A stretch of 33,067 bases of DNA from Catajapyx aquilonaris (Eukaryota), in contig JYFJ02004320.1 in NCBI GenBank assembly GCA_000934665.2, positions 1 to 33,067 of the forward strand, read 5' to 3'. Under the pieces are notes generated by a model. It searched no databases. It saw only the letters and a list, made by a program, of their open reading frames with translations, and had not been told where the DNA came from. The position numbers and the translations under genes were made by a program. Within the stretch, counting starts at the first letter, position 1. Every line of letters starts with the position of its first letter. Below are positions 1 to 11,093 of this stretch, piece after piece.

Positions 1-344
1 CCCCCTACCTCCTCAGCTACTCTATTGTCGACCGCAAAGCACGCTTCATAATATAAGAGTTACGAAAGAAGCAGCCAACCGTTAAGGACTCGATAAAAAT
101 TCTAGCCATTTTGCTGGTGCCAGGCTGCACTCCTATGCTAAACGGCCAAGGAAAAGGTAGTAATAGAAGCCCCTATCTGCATGTGATCGTCTTCATTTCC
201 GGATGCATAGGCCTACTCTGTGCTGGAGCCTGGAGGCCTCAGCTGCTTCATATCGGAGAAAACAACTGCAAGCTGCAAAACATCCAGCTTTAAAATATCT
301 CAGATTTTCCCAGACTAATTTTTTGAAGCCAGTCCTTGTATACA

Positions 345-478
345 TGTACGAAAGTTAACGTACACTCTTAACCATTTACCTTCTCTAGAGAGGGTAACTG
401 TTTAAGAGTGTACGGAATGTACAAACGTACGAAAGTTAACGTACGGAATGTACTAATGTACGGAAGTTAACCGTGCAC
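345..478. repeat. Short tandem motifs (GTACGAAAGTTAACGTAC / GTACGGAATGTAC) around a 56-bp imperfect palindrome at 359-414
   Basis: Left arm cgtacactcttaaccatttaccttctct matches the reverse complement of the right arm (cgtacactcttaaacagttaccctctct) with 3 mismatches in 28; the flanking motifs recur 2-3 times. Confidence 0.85.
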
Positions 479-1839
479 AACTTAATGTCAAGTGCAAAAG
501 CTGTAAATTGCAGGAATTTCAACTTGAGGTCTGTCACTAATCAATCTAATCGCTATCGATTGCGAGCTGCCGCATCGGTAATTTGCACACTGAAAAGCGG
601 ACAATTAGTTCGACTTAATTGGTAATTACCCCCGCAAAGTGAGAGGAATTTGGGGGGGACCTTGACACGTGGTGCACGCAAAAATATATAGAACAGGTTG
701 ATTCCCGCCTTGTTGGAACTACGTGCGTTTTTTCAACTTAGGTCAAGGCGTCAATCTCATTACTGCCAAATCTGACACCATTTTTTGGAGCCCTTTTCGG
801 TGACAAGGTCAATGGAAAGGGGGTCCAAATTTCACACAGCCCAATATTCCATTTTCCTACTTCTCGATAAATTTGATCTTGGGCCCCTTAAGTTTGCTGG
901 AGGTCAAGTGTAATGGGTCGAATGGTCACGTATAGGTATAGACAGAAAACTGATCGTAGTGCTAGAAAATTAATCAAAACTTTTTTTCTCACAGTCTTAA
1001 GTGTCACTTGTAACCTGACTTTGCGAATAGCACTTACATCACTTCCTCGTTCGTAATTGAAAAAAAAAGTTGTTCGACAAGGTCACCCCCTTTACCAAAC
1101 TATCAATAACTCTGCTAGAAAATTATTGTTTCTATATTAAAGCTGTTCCCCCGAGGCCAGAGCATTTTTGCTTCATAAAAAAAAAAGTTTGGAAAAAAAT
1201 ATCCCGCCTTTCATCCTTCAGGTTGTTTGCTAAAGTCTTTTCCTAACCAAACATACTGAAGCTATCTAGTTTTATGGGCAAATATGAGCCATCGAGACGC
1301 ACTCTACTTCCATTTTTTTTGGTGCCTAAAAAAAGTTTGCGCCTAAATTGATACAATGGCATTAAAAGCGTGAGGCAAGAAATTCAAACTGGGACCACTT
1401 TCCCTGGATCATGCAAATGAGGTTGAAGAACCGGGGATAAGATCGTGAGAACCGATGCTTCCTTATAATGGCCGCATGAGAATGATATGTGCAAGCAACC
1501 TGTTTTACGCTAAATATTACGAGACATGTTTTGTAAATGAAGCCTTTTAAAAGTGTAATTTTGAGGCCCGGGACTGTCGCAACTATCTTTGTATAGCTGG
1601 TGGTGGAAAATGTGAAAGAACGAACCCTTTTTGTGATAATAATGAATTTATGAGCCCAATTTGTTTTGATAACAATGCCGGTGTCGTATGAAATATCATG
1701 CCATAACAATAACGCTAAATCAAATGCATTGCAACATTTTGTCCTATGCCTATGTAGCTAATTATTTAATACTTAATATTTATACTATTTACGCAAAGTG
1801 CAAAATTGCGAAAGTGGATGTGCTTTATATTGGCAAAAA

Positions 1840-2003
1840 TAATAGGCCACAGCCGCTTCCTTCCGTCCCTATCCCATCCCCATATATGAGAAGTAAAAAC
1901 TAAAGCAAGAGTTCCAGATAAAAAATATGGTGGTATCCCACCCCCCCTAAGAGGGCCCATGGGTCTAGCACGGGGTACATATTATTATATATTATTATTA
2001 TTA
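1840..2003 (+). mobile_element. 5'-truncated SINE, family A
   Basis: Contains ataggccacagccgcttccttcc and the CCCC...CGGGGTA-(ATT)n tail of the full copies at 8987 and 23047; TSD ttatattggcaaaaa at 1825-1839 and 2004-2018. Confidence 0.9.
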
Positions 2004-2142
2004 TTATATTGGCAAAAACAATAATTTTCTTTTCTGTTAATAAATAAAAACCTGCAAATATCAATAACGTGTGTTGCAAACCCTGCCAAGTCACCCCAAG
2101 GCATGAGTATGAGCGTACAAATGACAAGAAATATTGCAATCC

Positions 2143-2823
2143 CTAATTGAAGGTATAATTAGTGACAGTGCGACCAATGGGAGCCCCGGCCAAAAAAACA
2201 ACTGTCCAATCCGGATTGCCACATCCGGGCAACCTGCAAAACTCAAGATGGTGGGTTAGGCCTACCTCGTCGTCGCAGATTCCCTCATCGCTCTGGATGT
2301 ACTCTTCCAGCTTGTTAAGTCCCACTTCCATCATCTCTGACTGCGCTGTTTAGTAGACTCGAGAAGACTGGCAGGTGGTATAGCTAGGCTATATAGTATG
2401 CTTGCTAGAGCAAACTCGGACTATGAAATGAACTGAGTAGAAGTGGGCTCGTGCCTTTATAAATATGCTGACCAAACCGGACAGCCAAAGTACGTCATCA
2501 GGGGGAAAGATTATTCCAGATTTCCCGCCAAAGGAGTTTTCCCTCCCCGCAACCACCACAGCCTCCCCCTTGAACATTCTCCTAACCCCACGTTGCATTC
2601 TAAGAAGTGACCCTGTTTCCTACGAGTGAGGGAGTGTGCAGGGGGTAGAGGAGGGTGGAGCAACTTCGTCAACATTTCTTATTGCGAAATGGGCACGCGA
2701 GGGAAAAACCTGTTCAATCAAGTTCAAGGGCAGGTGGGCTTGGTCACTTCGTTTCAACAATTTAAATATAGTGACTTCCCGGGGCAAGGGTGGACACTGG
2801 ATAGACATTGGGGACGTCATCAT
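2143..2823 (-). pseudogene. Stop-interrupted reading frame of unknown function (about 226 codons)
   Basis: Track ORFs 2620-2823, 2389-2598 and 2143-2334 are in one frame, separated only by TAG (2620-2622), TAG (2389-2391) and TAA (2350-2352). The translation resembles the 11094-11800 frame (FPP..L, V.FI.RV, EFC.L..C..DW, IGRTVTN vs LGQSIRN). Confidence 0.5.
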
Positions 2824-4326
2824 TGACGCTTTTCAGGTGTATCTTCGGATGCTTGTTTGGGTGATATAAGACCTTTGTCACAAATCTTGGTTGACATTTT
2901 ATTGGACATTTACGTACTGATTTGCGTATTTGCAGCATTTTATTATGCCTTAGTAGATTTGTTTACGTCCTCAATGAGTAATAATGCTTGAGTCTAGAAA
3001 GGGTTAATGCTCTGGTCTAGAAGGTAAGGTCATACATATGATATAACGCTCGGTAATATATTATGCAGGTAACAAGGCTGTTTAAAAAAAAATCCCCATC
3101 ATTCAATCAGCTTTTTTGTGCCATAACAATAATGTCATTGCATACATTTGCTACAAAGTGCAATAACCGAATGGAAATATTTGTGCATTATTTGTTTTAA
3201 TCAATTTTTACTCTCATAATGACGTATTATAATTATCACCAAATTGCTCGATGCAGCGTATGCCACTATTATTGTGACGCATTACTTCCGTCATAATTCT
3301 GCTATCTTATCATTGCGGTAAGGCTTCCGACCACCGGTACGTACATTCCAAATGACATAATAATATACCTACGTCAATTGCACAATTTCCGCATTTTTGA
3401 ACCAAACCCTTTTAATACCTTATCATCTACGAAATTTGCTAATCCCACTTTCAATACAGAACTAGTTAATCAGCACTAACTCTTCCTGAATTGCAAAGTT
3501 GGCAGTCGAAAGAAAAAAAAAAAAGTCCGAGCATATAGACTATACCGTCCTTACTGGCCCCCATCCATGCACATGTGTATCGAAGGATCGGTTTCAATCT
3601 CGTTCCTAACCGCACAACGTTCAATGATCCGTGATTCGGAGTCGGTCGCAAAAAAGCACCGGACACTTTCACTTACGCCTTGTTCCATTGCCAAATCCCA
3701 GATCGTAAAATACATACCAAGGGCTACAAATCTGGGCCGCTGAAATGGGCCAAAGTGAGAGAGGGGGGAATAAATGGAAGGGATAGGAGGGGGAAAAAAT
3801 CAAATTGGAGGGCGGGAGGGGGATGGGGGAAAAAAACAACAACAGGCAAGGTTAAAGTCACTCAAGGCTGGATTTGGATGAATATTTTACATTTTTTCAT
3901 TTCAAAATTATGGTGTCAGTAAAGTTACCGTGAACTTGAGGTCGACATGAACTGTACACCCACTCACAAATCGATCGTGTTAATGGACGGTCCTTGTGAA
4001 CTAAATACCCATTTCCAACTTGGAGACTTCTTCCACAATAATGGACGCTCACTGTGTAATTACAAAAAGCTTTTAAGGTATTCCGCAATTCATATAATTA
4101 GGTTGAAATATGCAAAAAATGCGTGTTGTGTCTATCATAATCTATCGCTTGACATATGTTTGAGAGTGTGATCTAAAGTATCTCACAAGGTTCATACAGA
4201 ATGCATAAAAAATTGGCGCCCTTGAGACTGTAACTCTCAATATTTATTAAAATCATGAGCTTGATTATACTCCTGGATGGCTAAATTGGTTAAGGTGTGT
4301 TATTCTTGCCGTCAACAATAATTATT

Positions 4327-4579
4327 GAAGAGGCGGATTCCAAAGTCCCCTAAGTCCATTTTTGTTGTTTTGAGATTTGTGTTTTTGTTGGCATCAATAA
4401 CATGGGCTTATAATGGATTAATTTTGAGAAAACTCTCCGATTTCTGCACTTGACGTTAGGGACATTTGGTGTGTTCTGACCTCGGGAGAAGGTGGAGAGT
4501 ACCATAAGCTATACCAATAGACGTCATCAGCTCATTTTTCATGAAAATGGACTTAGGGGACTTTGGAATCCCACTCTTC
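4327..4579. mobile_element. Non-autonomous TIR element, Sola1-like
   Basis: TIR of about 37 bp, GAAGAGGCGGATTCCAAAGTCCCCTAAGTCCATTTT / AAAATGGACTTAGGGGACTTTGGAATCCCACTCTTC; flanks TATT/AATT; same TIR type as 27159-28421. Confidence 0.75.
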
Positions 4580-4861
4580 AATTTTCACTGTACAAGCTGC
4601 TCTTGCCATGTATACAGTATAGAACGCCTGCAAATAACTCCATGGAGGGATATGTGTATATTCGTTAATAATGCTTAAAGCAAGGGATTTCCAGTAATAG
4701 CTTGAATCTGGCCAATTCCAGAAAAGAGCAATAAGAAAGCCCGCCGGATATAGCGATTCTCTGCACAATACGGCAATTAATTCCGATTTGCGTCACCGGC
4801 ATTTGTCGGAAATCATTCTAACCACAACAATATCTTTTTCGCGGCCGTCATCCCGTTTCCT

Positions 4862-5075
4862 TTAGGTAGAAGCTAGGAAAGCCCAGTGACATGTATAGGG
4901 CCTGTTACTGATTGCAGAGGTAAATACCCTTCCGAATAATCCAGTTCCCAGAAATGGCCAAAAAATCAGACATATGAGGTTGGGATTTCCCCTTGCGAGG
5001 TCACTATAGGAACCTGTTCTTCTGACTGTTTCCAGGTGGTAAGGGTGGTGTCTAGACTCTCTCAAGAATCTTTAG
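4862..5075 (-). pseudogene. Short degraded fragment possibly paralogous to the 11094-11522 ORF
   Basis: RFLRES..CLIFWPF..GRVFTSAIS vs RFLEAR..KLYLAPF..RRVSTSTS; shared DNA words caagaatctt and gaaatggc at equivalent places. By-eye only. Confidence 0.3.
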
Positions 5076-6443
5076 AGCGTGACGGGGATCCCCCCTTGCT
5101 CAAAAAAAGAAACAATAAAAAAATGAAATCGAAAACTGGTTGTGGAATAGGTCAAGATTCGTCCTAATGTCAGGGGTTGATTTACTAACCTTTTTTTGCT
5201 GGTCTACCTTACTGATAATTATTTGGAATATAATTTTTGTGCCGGGATTTAATAGGCGTGTTGTAGAAATGAAAACGAGAATTTTGCATGCATCTTTTTC
5301 ATATTAAAAAAAACAGTCCATTTCTTATTTAAGTACAAATGGGATGTAGTGTCCTAGGCCTAGTTTCAAAGACGCAATCGTTCATAAAATTGGCTCAAGT
5401 CTTAAAAACCAAGTAATTCCCACACTCGTAGAATGTCGTATATATAAGTGTCTATACCGATAATAATATAATAAGTGTCTATACCTATTCGCAATGACAA
5501 AAAAGCAAAATCCGTATCTGCAATAAAATCCAACTTTTACTACTTTATGCCTATGCAGTATTATATACTATCGATTAATACTTATCATGATAATCTATCT
5601 CTGTAATAGATGCGTTCTGCTATAAAATTACGCAATCATCTCACGTAACTCAGCCCTTTTTGTCAAGGGAGGAGCAGTTCTGGAATTTACTGGTCACCCT
5701 TGAGGTTCAAGGATCTCTGCAAAAAAAAATGTCTGAATTTTCTTTCTCTTAAATCAAAGCCTAGCAATTCGCAGGACAAGAAAGCTTTTGACCCCACTTC
5801 AAAAAGTTAGGTCAACCTGTGCCTAATTTAGCTGTTTCATAAATCGAGAAATGTGCGTCTCAGTAATCTCACTTCCTATACTAACTACAATTTGAAAGCA
5901 CTTTTCCTGTCAAAATTACTGAATCTCAGCTCCAGTGTCTATAAACGTAGCACCTTCTATAATAATACGGCTAGGCTCTAAACGTTTATAACATACTCTA
6001 TGAGCTGTCGCTTTTTATTGTTAGATCCATTCGCTCTTTGTAACACAAATGTTTATTGAGTACCTCAAGGTCGTAAATAGGAAATAGCTGTCTTAAAATA
6101 ATGTGCTCAACAGTAATAGCTTTATGCTCCTACTTCCTTTCAAGGGAAATATTATTTGTAATTAGTTTTTTCCCCATTCCTAAAAATAATAATACTTGTC
6201 GCAGTGAAAAATGCTGATTTTTAAATGCAGTACCGGTATAATCGAGTATATTATACCGTGAACGCTGTGTCATACTCTCACAATAAAAATAAATAAATAA
6301 GGCCGGAAAAACCGGCCCTATTTATATGCCCTACCTGCTCAGTTCTTGTTACGCTATAAACCTCCTCGAAAGCAAAAAAATTGTTCCTAGACATACTGTA
6401 TTTATAAATCAACGTCATTCTTGAAAACAATATACTCCTCTCA

Positions 6444-6600
6444 CGTCCCCGTCACCTCTGCTTGGCCGGGTCTTTTTTCGCTTTTCACCCGACATGACGG
6501 GTCAGAATTGCACTCCCTACTCTGCCCAGGGCCAGGAGAAAAGGTCTGGTGTATGTCAGAAATGACTATAATTACAGCGCCCTCCGTCGGGAACCTCCCC
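6444..6600 (+). mobile_element. Partial SINE, family C
   Basis: Closely matches the 19294-19575 copy (cgtccccgtcacctctgcttggccgggtc...gaaaaggtctggtgtat...gggaacct). Confidence 0.85.
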
Positions 6601-6994
6601 TTCATATTCCTCTCAATAAGTAACGGTACAAATCTCATACCGTCACAACCAGGGAAATACCCCTCCTTTCCCATCACCTCATCCCAATTTGATATTCTAC
6701 CAAGTTTAGCCTACTTTCCATTGACGTCCCTTATTCACCTGTTGATCGTGACTCCCCCTCCTCCTTTTCTTCCTATCGAGCATCAAATATGTGCGTCACT
6801 ACTTGTTACGTTATGGTTTCACTTCACAAAAGCCCGTGACCCGCATGAACAACTCTCCCTCGTGACGTAATCCACATTGGACAGTGAGCCTTACCAGAAG
6901 ATTAACAATTTGTCCTTAGGTAAATCCCCTTCAGAGTTAAACGACCTCTCTCGATGGATCCTAAAGAGAGAGTGATTCACTCATTTTTTTGGGG

Positions 6995-7850
6995 CTACTG
7001 TTTCGAGTCTGACTGGTCCATTTGGGGATTGGGTATGGTGAGGGTTAGGCAAAGAGGACAGGTTTGTACAGGTCTGAACTGGTCAGTTCTGGTGTAACCA
7101 TCAGGAAGATGAGGCTTCTTTTTGCACCAGGTCTTGCAGCGGTCATCTGGACTAGTTTGACCTAATTGGTCAGGTGGGGTGTAAGAAAAAAAGGAGCAAT
7201 TTTTAATCAAGGTTGAAACTGACATTATAGGTTGATTTACGAGAGCTCTATTGCTTGGAGGAAGGAGTGTCTCTCCATTTATATTGTGGGCGTCATCAAA
7301 GATCAGTATAGGTTTCAAGGAAATTGATGTCACACTGTACAGTTTTTTTCCAGGTGATTCTGTCCGTAATTGACATAATTATCTAGCGCGAAGGACGAAT
7401 TTATAAGGAAAGATCTTCCATTTGCAATTGATGTGTCGACGTTATAAAAGTTGGCTCGAGTGTGACAACATTTCTCAAAATTCCACGCGTAGGACCGTGA
7501 TGAAGAAAAAATGTACGATACTTCATCCAGCACTAAAGAGGTCTTTCTTTAGGTTATGATGGACATCACAGGACTGTATATTTTCTTTCAGCTATTTTTC
7601 TCGAGAGAGAAGCGTGTTTATAAAATAATGCTGAATTACTAAGCGCTTTTTAAATAGTAGAGATGGGTCACCTAGCGACCTGCACGGAAATGGGAGAATG
7701 GGGCATTCATATATTAATTTATGTGTGTCATATTCCAAAGGATTTACAGTAGTTATTACTTTCCTTGGTTTTCCCATATTGCTGACTACTTCTTTTACAG
7801 AGAAATGTGTAGTTATGGTTTTTGCTTTATTTGTTGTTGTTTTTAGTTGA
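6995..7850 (-). pseudogene. Frameshifted or stop-interrupted reading frame of unknown function
   Basis: Three closely spaced minus-strand ORFs (7592-7777, 7330-7533, 6995-7333); motifs ECPILP (vs QCPPLP in the 2143-2823 frame) and DQFRPVQTCPLC (vs DEFCPLVASCLC in the 11094-11522 ORF). Confidence 0.35.
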
Positions 7851-8986
7851 ATCCTGCGAACATCTTCCCCTTACCCGTCCGGTTCACTCTACCTAAGAAA
7901 CCTTATGCAATCTGGCAAACTACGTACTATGATCATTCTGTCAGAATGAATAGTGTTTAATATAACTTACATACTGTATACCTTTCATATGGTTATGATG
8001 AAGACTTGTACAGTATTTACATAATTATTTTGATACCATTGAACTTTCTTCACGATATGGCATAAACACATGCGTATACTTTTGAAAATATGAATATTAT
8101 ATACATAATGAAAGTGAGGGGCTTATCCTCAAATTTGTGAGAACTATTATCAGGTGGTAAATGTTAATCGTAGTCTACTCGTACGTATAAGCTCGCGAGT
8201 TTTCATATTGTTCCATAACATTCAATGCATTCCTTCACACTCAACATTTCGTAGCACTTCAAAACTGAAATAATTTAGATATGTCTGCAAGTTTTCGAGT
8301 TATAGGGTTTTTAAAATGGGACATTCTTTTTCGATGACCATGTATTAATTGATTCTTGACACTACTTTCTCATGGTCAAGTCAGTCTTCTAAAGATACTT
8401 CTAAAGAGATTACAGTCTCCTCTGCATTTTAGGTCTTCGAATACGTTTAAATACAGCCGAAACCTGGTTATGACTTACACAGCTCCGACATTCATAGATT
8501 CTGACATACGTTTAAAAAAAATCCGACAGGAATGAAAATTCCAAGCGTGCCAAAAAATATACGGAACAAATTATTGGTATCGTAAAAGCGGTCAATTGCT
8601 AGAAAACGCGCTCAGCTAATGGCATAACTGGAACATGCCCGTCTCGACTCATTCCCTCACTCAGTCAGTGTACACATGGCAGACTCGATGACAAACATTA
8701 ATATGTGATGCACTTCTGGGTTCTGGACCTCGCAGCACACTTTTTCTGCTTATCACTGGTATGGAATTTTATATTAAATATTCTTAGCTTGATCCTAGCC
8801 CAGACTGATCTAATGGGTAAACAATGCAGTATATTAAAGTCTTTCTCTGATTTCCCCGCGAGGGCACAACATGGATAACAAAAAATATGCTCTATTTGCA
8901 ACAAACTCTAAACAAAATAACTAGCAGCAACATTGCACCGGTGCAGTGCAACAACTATTAGATAACTCAATATAATGCAGCCTCTC

Positions 8987-9294
8987 ACCGAAGCAGTAGT
9001 GGTGTAGTGGTATGGTGTCCGACTGCTAATCGGGAGGTCCTGGGTTCGAACCCCGGAGGCCGGCGACCCTGACCATGGTTTTCTGTGGTTTCCCATGGTC
9101 CTTGCAGGATAATTCCGGGGTCGTTACCGTAATATAGGCCACAGCCGCCTCCTTCCTTCCCTTTCCCTGCTTCATTCCGGTGATGAGCAAAATAGTAAAA
9201 ATGGAAAGAGTTCCAGACAAAAAATTGGGAGAAATCCCCCCCTAGGAAAGCCCGTAGGCTGATAATGGGGTATCATATTAAAATATTATATTAT
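8987..9294 (+). mobile_element. Full-length tRNA-derived SINE, family A
   Basis: A-box tggtgtagtgg, B-box ggttcgaaccc, AT-rich tail; 14-bp TSD taatgcagcctctc at 8973-8986 and 9295-9308. Confidence 0.95.
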
Positions 9295-11093
9295 TAATGC
9301 AGCCTCTCCATCTACAAGTACCATATAATGTATCTACGTCAAGTGCACATTACGGTTTTTGCTCGTTACACAGTCAGCTGCCATGCCCTTCGCCTATTTG
9401 TGAATAGCAAGAACTGCTTTATTTGTCTCCTGTCCGTGTCAGAATCAATTTCTGAGAAGCCTTGAATGTGTGGCTCATGAAGCGACTCACAAGCAACAAT
9501 GTTGTTTCCTTCCAAAAGCGAAGGTTTGTCACTTACGTATAGGCACAGTACGCACACAGTGCAATACAGTTTTTACGCAATGGTGACGGAGAACACAAGA
9601 CGAGGGTCAGTCGGTTGTAATATGATGGTGTGACCTTCGTGCATCGTGCTTTCTGGTTTACCCTGACTAACTGACTGACTACCTTCATTTTAGTTGTAAA
9701 CAAATACTAAGCGTTTAGCAGATGCAACACTACCCAATCAACGCAAATTCATACGTACGCACCGTGGGAAGCATGCCTATTAGAAAATCGAGCGATGACT
9801 ACAGCTGGCACGCCACTCTTGCCTTCAAGCTATACCTTCTAGGTTATTAGGTATGATCCAAGGAAAATATGTATAAACGTAAGGTAAGGTTAACTTCAAA
9901 GCTTTAAGATTCTGTCATTTTGTAAATTATTTATATGATGGAAAAATTAATCTCTATATATTGAAATAGTGCAGATGAGCTGTCAGCTTCACGGTTTTCA
10001 AGATGATTTGCTAAAAGAAATTGCCACACTTTTATGGTCTAACGGAACTGGTGATAGATTAATTGCAGCAGATAAGAAAACACTATTAAAACATTAATTT
10101 TATTAGGAAGCACAGTAAAGGGTATGCGACCCACGCTGTGAACTGTAAAAGTGCGAAGGTCGAGGGCACAGAATTGGGCACCTTGAATATCAATTACTGA
10201 GATATTCATCTGCGTGACCGTTAAGAAGTCAATGTTCACTGGATTATTCTGTAGAAAAAAAAACCACTCTCATTGACTACATGTTTTATGGAATATTATA
10301 TGCTGGCCTGACGTGATTAAATCATTTTACCAGGAGCTCCATCCTTATAAGGGCAAATATTTATACAAAATTAGATATTTTCATGTTTCATTATTATTGA
10401 ATAGCACTCTTGATTCCATGTGCTGCCAAACACTGATGAAACCCTTTGCTTCTCAGCTATACTCGTAAAACCGCTTTGTTGTACGTGATAATTATGTCAA
10501 CAGGAAAACCTATATGGAGACGTAACAACGCGTCCAATTCCTCCTGCATATGACGAGGAAATGGACACTAAATTATTACTTCATGCTTGTAACGGTTGCA
10601 CCTGTTACCGCCACCTTACTCAAATCTGCTGCTATAGCTACTGCTCTCCATCTTCGCCTAATCAAAATACTTAATTGAACAATACGGTATATTAGGGGTA
10701 GTCCCGACTCCCGATCCTTCTTCGAATGAATTTTTACTCAATAACATTTAGAAACCACAAGACATCCAGAGCGCACCATCAACGAAGACATGTCCGAAGT
10801 CTGGACCAGAGTGACCGAATCAGCTTTTCCTTCCGACGTTCTCGTATCTACGGATGTTATCTATATCATTACAAGTACAATGTGGCGAGTCATGATGCGA
10901 CAGCACAATAATTTTCACGGTCTGAGGAGAGAAAAAATCGAAAATGTGCCATTCCTCTCACTCTCTCCATACATATTGTCCTTATTCCCAATGGCAATAT
11001 GATGCGGATACCTTGTACAGCTGACTTCAAGCAGAAGTCCATATACGTACAGTATTGTTGGACGCTATCTGATAGCTTACAATGCAATACTTC

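Noticed and set aside
340..480. CRISPR-like array
   Set aside because: Repeats are irregular with no unique spacers of constant length, no cas genes, and the context is eukaryotic.
2983..3030. AAAGGG|TTAA resembling a piggyBac end that might enclose the unknown ORFs
   Set aside because: No partner TIR in the window, and the sequence is part of a local tandem duplication of about 23 bp (taatgct..gtctagaa.ggt).
7290..7320. KPILIFDD as an ATPase Walker B motif
   Set aside because: No Walker A found upstream in the frames I read; too short to support an NTPase call.
8987..9065. tRNA-like heads here and at 13630-13704, 19294, 20794, 23047 and 27528 as tRNA genes
   Set aside because: Each continues into a shared body and tail, most with TSDs, so they are SINEs.
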